The notes under the pieces: model-generated
Told to the model about the DNA's origin: nothing
Database searches by the model: none
Seen by the model: only the letters and a program-made list of their open reading frames with translations
Made by a program: the position numbers and the translations under genes
Virus record (IMG/VR): IMGVR_UViG_3300011008_000999
Source: a virus
Lineage: Duplodnaviria; Caudoviricetes
Length of the DNA: 64,000 bases
Direction: 5' to 3' (one strand)
Shown here: piece after piece, positions 59,583 to 64,000 of the stretch
How positions within the stretch are numbered: the stretch's first letter is position 1
Layout of the letters: every line of letters starts with the position of its first letter

Positions 59583-60428
59583 TTATTTCTCAGTAATCTT
59601 AGATGCAGTTTTCTTAATAGCTGTAGTCTTTTTCTTCTTAAGCTGTTCTGTCAACCTAGCACACTCAGCTTTAAGTCTTGCATTCTCATCACGTTCTTTC
59701 TTTAATTCTTCTTCATATATATTAATCAATGTTTCAGTACATTCTGTCAAACTAACAATTTTAGCTTTAAGAATAGTAAATCCATCACTAAGTTCAGGAT
59801 AGTTTGCTTTTCCGTAAGTAGTAAGTGGATAGATCCAAGTTCTAGTTTCATTTACATATTTATGAAGCTTTTCAGGTTTCATAACATAGAGATCTTCTAC
59901 ATTATGTGATCTATCTGCCAACTTAATAAGAATAGCATACTTATTTCTCTTAATCTGGTTGAAATAATCATCAAGTTCTTCTTCTGTTGCACCAGATCTC
60001 TTACTTACTAACTTAACTGCTTCCAATACTTTAGGTGAAAAATGATATTCATTAACTAGTTCATTTCCACCCTTAGGAAAGTATTCTGAACAATCTTCTA
60101 AACTATCATGTAATAAAGCTGCTGCAAGAAGATTATCAAGTTCATCAACTTTTAAAGGAAGTCTTAATGAAATAAGTGTAGAGCAAACTTTTAATACGTG
60201 AAGTACATAAGGTAATCTATAAGATTGACCGTTAACAATTACTTCGCCTTTTCTATATTGACCATTGTGGAAACGTCTTACTAAAGGTAACGCTCTTAAA
60301 GTCTGTGGAAGTCGAAGCGCAGTCGCATAACCTTTGATAAACAAATAAGTTTTATCATATAGAAAAGCTTCTTCTACGTTAAATGATTCAACTATTTTCT
60401 GTGACATACACTTCACCACCTTTCTCAC
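59583..60428 (-). CDS. RelA/SpoT-type HD hydrolase (small alarmone hydrolase-like) with C-terminal coiled coil
   Basis: HNGQYRKG, PYVLH, AALLHDSLED, IKLADRSHN. Confidence 0.85.
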   Translation of the reverse strand: MRKVVKCMSQKIVESFNVEEAFLYDKTYLFIKGYATALRLPQTLRALPLVRRFHNGQYRKGEVIVNGQSYRLPYVLHVLKVCSTLISLRLPLKVDELDNLLAAALLHDSLEDCSEYFPKGGNELVNEYHFSPKVLEAVKLVSKRSGATEEELDDYFNQIKRNKYAILIKLADRSHNVEDLYVMKPEKLHKYVNETRTWIYPLTTYGKANYPELSDGFTILKAKIVSLTECTETLINIYEEELKKERDENARLKAECARLTEQLKKKKTTAIKKTASKITEK

Positions 60429-60610
60429 TCTTTGGACTGAAGTTCCATTACTCTCTGGTAAGCTTCTTCTCCAATAACATCCATTACGGCATTACCATGT
60501 TCTGGTGACTTTTTACAAATTTCCCAAATATCTTTAGCTACTTCAATTTCGATCTTTTCCATAATAGCATCCTTTCTTTTTATTAAGGAACCATCGCTGC
60601 TATCTTTCAC
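60425..60610 (-). CDS. Small hypothetical protein
   Basis: Probable start at MEKIEI after AAGGA; overlaps the next gene start. Confidence 0.55.
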   Translation of the reverse strand: MKDSSDGSLIKRKDAIMEKIEIEVAKDIWEICKKSPEHGNAVMDVIGEEAYQRVMELQSKE

Positions 60611-60770
60611 TCCTACGATAGTGCACCTAACAGAAGATGTAGCATTTACCGGCGCTCAACCTTTACTGTGCTATGAACGACTTTGCTCCAAGTTGAGCCG
60701 AGGCGGCTGGAACCATGAAACAAAACTTGTAGAATCCAAAATGAATAAAATGACAAATCACTTTGGAAAG

Positions 60771-61129
60771 TGGAGATGAGGGGAATCGAACCCCTGTCCG
60801 AAATACTTACTCAGAGCTTTCTACACGTTTATCTTGCTTTTAATAAGTTATCTAACCATCTAAACAGGCGAACTGATTAGCAACTAACTATTGTGGTCTT
60901 ATGTATGAATACTTTTGTCATCCTCTTCATACAGCAGCGATCATCTTTGGCCATAAGAGATACGACCGCAATACTCTTATGACTTAACTCTCCGAAGAGA
61001 GGTTGCTGCGATTAGGCAGCTGCGTAACCGTAGTTAGCGTTTATTGTTTGGTGTCGGATTCAAGAGGTGTCCACCATCCTCTACGTGCTTTTCTCGTTGC
61101 TTGTACCCCGTCGAAACCTTTACATCCCC
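60771..61129 (-). ncRNA. ssrA: tmRNA
   Basis: 5-prime GGGGATGTAAAGGTTTCGAC, 3-prime GGGGTTCGATTCCCCTCATCTCCA, tag frame ANYGYAAA* at 61012-61038. Confidence 0.95.
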
Positions 61130-61206
61130 AGGGTAAGATTAAGAATTGCAACTATTTCTTAATCATATAAACATTATATCATGAACAATTTTATTTGTAA
61201 ATAGTT

Positions 61207-61446
61207 TTATTCTACAATATAATCTTTAATTGCTTCCTTAAATGTGTCAAAAGCAGTACCATCTTCAGTGTGAACACGAAGTTCGATAGGCTTAGAAAGA
61301 TCGAGCGAAAAAATACCCATAATAGACTTAGCGTCAATAACATATCTGCTGCTTACAAGATCAGCATCAAAAATCTGCTTAGTCATTATATTAACGAATC
61401 CTTTTACTTTCTCAATTGAATTGAGAGATATTACTGTAGTAAACAT
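61207..61446 (-). CDS. HPr-like phosphocarrier protein lacking the His15 motif
   Basis: DAKSIMGIFSL (Ser46 region) present, GLHARP absent. Confidence 0.85.
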   Translation of the reverse strand: MFTTVISLNSIEKVKGFVNIMTKQIFDADLVSSRYVIDAKSIMGIFSLDLSKPIELRVHTEDGTAFDTFKEAIKDYIVE

Positions 61447-61520
61447 ATTACTGCCTCCTTAAGTGTAAATAGTTAGTACGACGACTAACTATTTTAAAAC
61501 GAACTATGTTAATTGTAAAA

Positions 61521-61666
61521 GACCACTCCTAAGGTTGCAACTAGAGGCATCATCACCGCTTATAAAGTGTCTATGAATAAATCTAGAATCATCATAGGCA
61601 AGCAATATAAGGAAGGTACTTCTTACAGCCGCTAAACTGTTGTAATTCCTCTACTTAAGAGTGGTC
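61521..61666 (-). ncRNA. Rod-shaped small RNA with central bubble (6S-like candidate)
   Basis: GACCACTCTTAAG/CTTAGGAGTGGTC, TAGAGG/CCTCTA, CTTATA/TATAAG, CTATGA/TCATAG. Confidence 0.55.
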
Positions 61667-61669
61667 AAA

Positions 61670-61804
61670 TAGAGATGGTAGGAATCGAACCTACAATTCT
61701 ACACTATATACACATACATTCGACTTACTAGTATATCAAATATATGTTTTTGATGTATATAGAACGAGATCACATCCGGCGTCTTCCTATTCCGCCACAT
61801 CTCT
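61670..61804 (-). ncRNA. tRNA-like RNA (Leu-type D arm) with long insertion replacing the anticodon arm
   Basis: AGAGATG/CATCTCT, GCG-GAATAGGAAGA-CGC, GTAGG-TTCGATT-CCTAC, inner CTATATACA/TGTATATAG. Confidence 0.7.
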
Positions 61805-61808
61805 AAAC

Positions 61809-61900
61809 TAGTCAGATAAGTTTCGAACTTATGTCTCCCTACGTCTAGGTTGTTTTGACCAAGGATTTACTTTTTGGCACCTTATCTAAACTACTGACTA
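61809..61900 (-). ncRNA. tRNA-like RNA with D-loop insertion and shortened anticodon arm
   Basis: TAGTCAG/CTGACTA, GTTT..AAAC, CCTA-GACG-TAGG, ATAAG-TTCGAAA-CTTAT. Confidence 0.65.
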
Positions 61901-61903
61901 ATA

Positions 61904-62052
61904 ATCCGAGGTAGGATTCCATTATGGCCCCTTTGATACGCATGCTTTTATCATACTCACCATAACCGCCACCTACATGTTCTGCAGGTTCGTCTGCTAC
62001 GTCTTTCGTCCTTATTCGAATTCGGACTTGTTAGTGATTAAACGACTCGGAC
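61904..62052 (-). ncRNA. tRNA-like RNA with hairpin insertions in both D loop and T loop
   Basis: TCCGAG/CTCGGA, GTTT..AGAC with GTCC/GGAC inside, GCAG/CTGC, GTAGG..CCTAC with TTATGGT/GCCATAA inside. Confidence 0.6.
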
Positions 62053-62054
62053 AA

Positions 62055-62127
62055 TGGAACCGAAGAGATTTGAACTCTCGACCCCCTGCTTGCAAGGCAG
62101 GTGCTCTCCCAACTGAGCTACGGCCCA
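62055..62127 (-). tRNA. tRNA-Ala(TGC)
   Basis: CCTGC-CT TGC AA-GCAGG; G3:U70. Confidence 0.92.
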
Positions 62128-62252
62128 TATATGAGGGAAACATGGCCTTAAAAACCCTCTCTGCTACTCTCGGACTAAGGTTTTGCTGATTACCCATTAT
62201 CCTACCCTTGCAGTTAACTTCAGCAAATTATTCTGTCATCATGTTTTTTAAG

Positions 62253-62327
62253 CGACTCGAACGGGACTTGAACCCGTGACCTCCGCCGTGACAGGGCGGC
62301 ACTACCAGCCAGCTGAGCTATCGAGCC
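62253..62327 (-). tRNA. tRNA-Asp(GTC)
   Basis: CCGCC-CT GTC AC-GGCGG; G73. Confidence 0.92.
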
Positions 62328-62457
62328 ATAATTACTATTTGTCTAAGTAACTCTAATCTATTGCAAGTCAATTAGAGGACTACGTACGATTTTTCGACTT
62401 AAGATACTTACCACATCGATGACGTAATAAATATCAAGGTTATAGTTAACCTTATAA

Positions 62458-62541
62458 TGGGCCGAGGTGGACTCGAACCACCGATGTTTCTAATGTAACG
62501 GATTTACAGTCCGCCGCCCTCGCCGCTAGGCATACCGACCC
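62458..62541 (-). tRNA. tRNA-Tyr(GTA)
   Basis: GCGGA-CT GTA AA-TCCGT; long variable arm. Confidence 0.92.
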
Positions 62542-62547
62542 AAATTA

Positions 62548-62757
62548 TTATCTAGATTCTTTATACTTAGATACTAATCGAACCTTATTAGCTTTATAAA
62601 CTTTTTTCATTTTTATAGAATCATAAACTACACACCATGGAGTGGAATTATACATTCCTACACCAATTGCTTCAACTGATTCCTTATAAATAAAAGGATC
62701 ATGTACAGTTTCTGCAAATTTTTTAGCTTTTGATTCTGAAGGAAAATATTTTTTCAT
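62548..62757 (-). CDS. Small basic hypothetical protein inside the tRNA cluster
   Basis: 69-aa AT-rich ORF filling the spacer; no clear RBS. Confidence 0.45.
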   Translation of the reverse strand: MKKYFPSESKAKKFAETVHDPFIYKESVEAIGVGMYNSTPWCVVYDSIKMKKVYKANKVRLVSKYKESR

Positions 62758-62760
62758 AAG

Positions 62761-62834
62761 TGGATCAGCAGGGACTCGAACCCCGGACCGGCTGGTTATG
62801 AGCCAGCTGCTCTAACCAACTGAGCTACTGATCC
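62761..62834 (-). tRNA. tRNA with CAT anticodon, probably Ile2 (lysidine-modified)
   Basis: GCTGG-CT CAT AA-CCAGC; body resembles Firmicute Ile2 rather than fMet. Confidence 0.88.
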
Positions 62835-62841
62835 ATATAAG

Positions 62842-63006
62842 AGAGTGTACTAATCCTCAGCTTCGAGTATGGCTAACCCTTAGGGAGTCGAACCCACCGA
62901 TAAGATACAGAATAGTAATCAGCACATCTGTTTTAACTAGGTGATTAAGCTAGCGACTTATCTGGACTTTAGATCATCTTGCAAAACAATCTGTCGTCTA
63001 CACTCT
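62842..63006 (-). ncRNA. tRNA-like RNA with internal T loop and extra arms
   Basis: AGAGTGTA/TACACTCT closing stem, GATAAG/CTTATC, GGG-TTCGACT-CCC. Confidence 0.55.
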
Positions 63007-63009
63007 AAA

Positions 63010-63132
63010 GAAGGATGGTAGGACTCGAACCTACAGTGTACCGGCTCCCTAAGCATTAGAATTTTGGTTGCTGTCTTTATCACGAAAATGATAGTGTCAA
63101 AACGGCGCGTCTGCCAATTCCGCCACATCCTT
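63010..63132 (-). ncRNA. tRNA-like RNA with 48-nt motif-bearing insertion in the anticodon stem
   Basis: AAGGATG/CATCCTT, GCG-GAATTGGCAGA-CGC, GTAGG-TTCGAGT-CCTAC; motif at 63068-63092. Confidence 0.8.
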
Positions 63133-63135
63133 CAA

Positions 63136-63259
63136 CGACTGAGGAAGGAATCGAACCTTCACCTTTTCCGTGACAGGGAAATTTATTTAAGTTTGTTTGC
63201 TGTCTAAATCACGGTGATGATTCTGAAATATAAATATGCTTCCATTACACCACTCGGCC
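63136..63259 (-). ncRNA. tRNA-Asp(GTC)-like RNA with 53-nt motif-bearing insertion between D arm and anticodon arm
   Basis: Intact arm TTTCC-CT GTC AC-GGAAA, G73; insertion 63182-63234; motif at 63197-63221. Confidence 0.8.
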
Positions 63260-63303
63260 AAATTTTATTTAATTGTCAAGTTGCTGCTGAATAATTCAGC
63301 GAA

Positions 63304-63417
63304 TTGCAGGAAATGGAATCGAACCATTGTCTCGTCCTATATGTGTGGAATATAAGATAGCTGTTAAAATCACGAAAATGATTCATTTTACGCGCTCTAC
63401 CACTAAGCTATCCTGCG
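63304..63417 (-). ncRNA. tRNA-like RNA with motif-bearing insertion and initiator-like C1:A72 acceptor
   Basis: CGCAGGA/TCCTGCA, GCTT..GAGC, AATGG-TTCGATT-CCATT; motif at 63358-63382. Confidence 0.8.
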
Positions 63418-63490
63418 AGCTCCCGATCGGACTCGAACCGATAACCTGCTGATTACAAATCAGCTGCTCTGCCAATTGAGCCACGGAAGC
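63418..63490 (-). tRNA. tRNA-Thr(TGT)
   Basis: GCTGA-TT TGT AA-TCAGC. Confidence 0.93.
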
Positions 63491-63532
63491 ATGGGGAGTC
63501 CTTATTTTAAGTGGCGACTCCCACCACTATTA

Positions 63533-63656
63533 ACATGGTGGAAGGATTCGAACCTTCGACGACTTTAAATTGTGCATAATCTAAAGTTTGTATGTAGCAA
63601 CCCACTTAAGAAATCTACTTGATGCACCAAATAGAATTTCCGCAGCTACCACCACG
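63533..63656 (-). ncRNA. tRNA-like RNA with elongated D and anticodon arms
   Basis: CGTGGTG/CACCATG, GTAGC/GCTAC, ACTTTA/TAAAGT, GAAGG-TTCGAAT-CCTTC; first unit after the promoter at 63667. Confidence 0.65.
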
Positions 63657-63666
63657 ATATATATAT

Positions 63667-63700
63667 ATTATATCAAGGTAAATATAATTTGTAAATAGTT
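63667..63700 (-). promoter_or_regulatory. Class I promoter driving the tRNA/tRNA-like cluster
   Basis: AACTATTTACA-N17-TATAAT about 10 nt upstream of the RNA at 63533-63656. Confidence 0.85.
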
Positions 63701-63707
63701 TTTTAAG

Positions 63708-63780
63708 AGCAGGTGAAGGGAATCGAACCCTCATCTCTTGGTTGGAAGCCAAACATACGAATCCATTATACTACACCTGC
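63708..63780 (-). tRNA. tRNA-Gly(TCC)
   Basis: TTTGG-CT TCC AA-CCAAG; U73. Confidence 0.92.
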
Positions 63781-63963
63781 AAAACATGCAATCCAAGGAA
63801 GTATTAAAAATGCTAAACCAAAGAAAGCAAATGCTGAAATTTCTGGACCATCGATTGTATCACTTTCTTTAATTCCAGATCCATACAAAATCGTATTAAA
63901 AATTAGTATAATTCCGATAAGTTCGGATAATAAAAACCATTTCATATTATATTTTTCCCTCAA
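63766..63963 (-). CDS. Possible small membrane protein whose 3-prime end overlaps tRNA-Gly
   Basis: Two hydrophobic segments; probable start at MKWF; stop lies inside the tRNA. Confidence 0.45.
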   Translation of the reverse strand: MREKYNMKWFLLSELIGIILIFNTILYGSGIKESDTIDGPEISAFAFFGLAFLILPWIACFAGVV

Positions 63964-64000
63964 GCACCTGATACGGGATTCGAACCCATGACTCCGGCTT
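63963..64000 (-). tRNA. tRNA 3-prime half (truncated by window edge, isotype unknown)
   Basis: ATGGG-TTCGAAT-CCCGT T arm followed by the acceptor strand. Confidence 0.8.

Noticed and set aside
60690-60735. HDV-like (theta) ribozyme suggested by CATGGTTCCAGCCGCCTCGG
   Set aside because: L3 is too short, there is no G at the P1 start, and no downstream complement for P2 (only a direct repeat).
61977-62197. ORFs 61977..62189 and 62012..62197
   Set aside because: Overlap tRNA-Ala.
1493-63991. All other plus-strand ORFs and nested alternative-frame minus ORFs in the track
   Set aside because: They overlap well-supported genes or RNAs and show no recognisable motifs.

Overview
AT-rich window in which essentially every gene lies on the minus strand. 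The content fits a large (jumbo-type) phage or phage-like extrachromosomal element of a gut/rumen Firmicute (Lachnospiraceae-like host inferred). No capsid, terminase or tail genes are visible here, so phage status is an inference. Core functions: type II topoisomerase, a compact multi-subunit RNA polymerase (beta plus split beta-prime), primase/helicase/loader/initiator, RecA, RNase H and PD-(D/E)XK nucleases. Accessory functions: a four-enzyme NAD+ salvage route (PncA, PncB, NadR/NMNAT-like, NadE), a PNK-RNA ligase fusion, a (p)ppGpp-hydrolase-like HD protein, SmpB plus tmRNA, CoaD, an HPr-like protein, a diguanylate cyclase, a serpin, an LRR lipoprotein, a glycosylation cassette, an L,D-transpeptidase and two giant membrane-anchored coiled-coil proteins. 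A TnpB-only IS605-family element interrupts one gene. The most striking feature is the RNA region: nine canonical tRNAs are interspersed with about 13 tRNA-like genes that keep acceptor and T arms but carry long structured insertions. Four of them share a precisely spaced 25-nt motif (ATCAT-N4-GTGAT-N4-ACMGCWA). Three distinct repeated promoter-like motifs are also visible. All calls come from manual motif recognition; no searches or folding programs were run.
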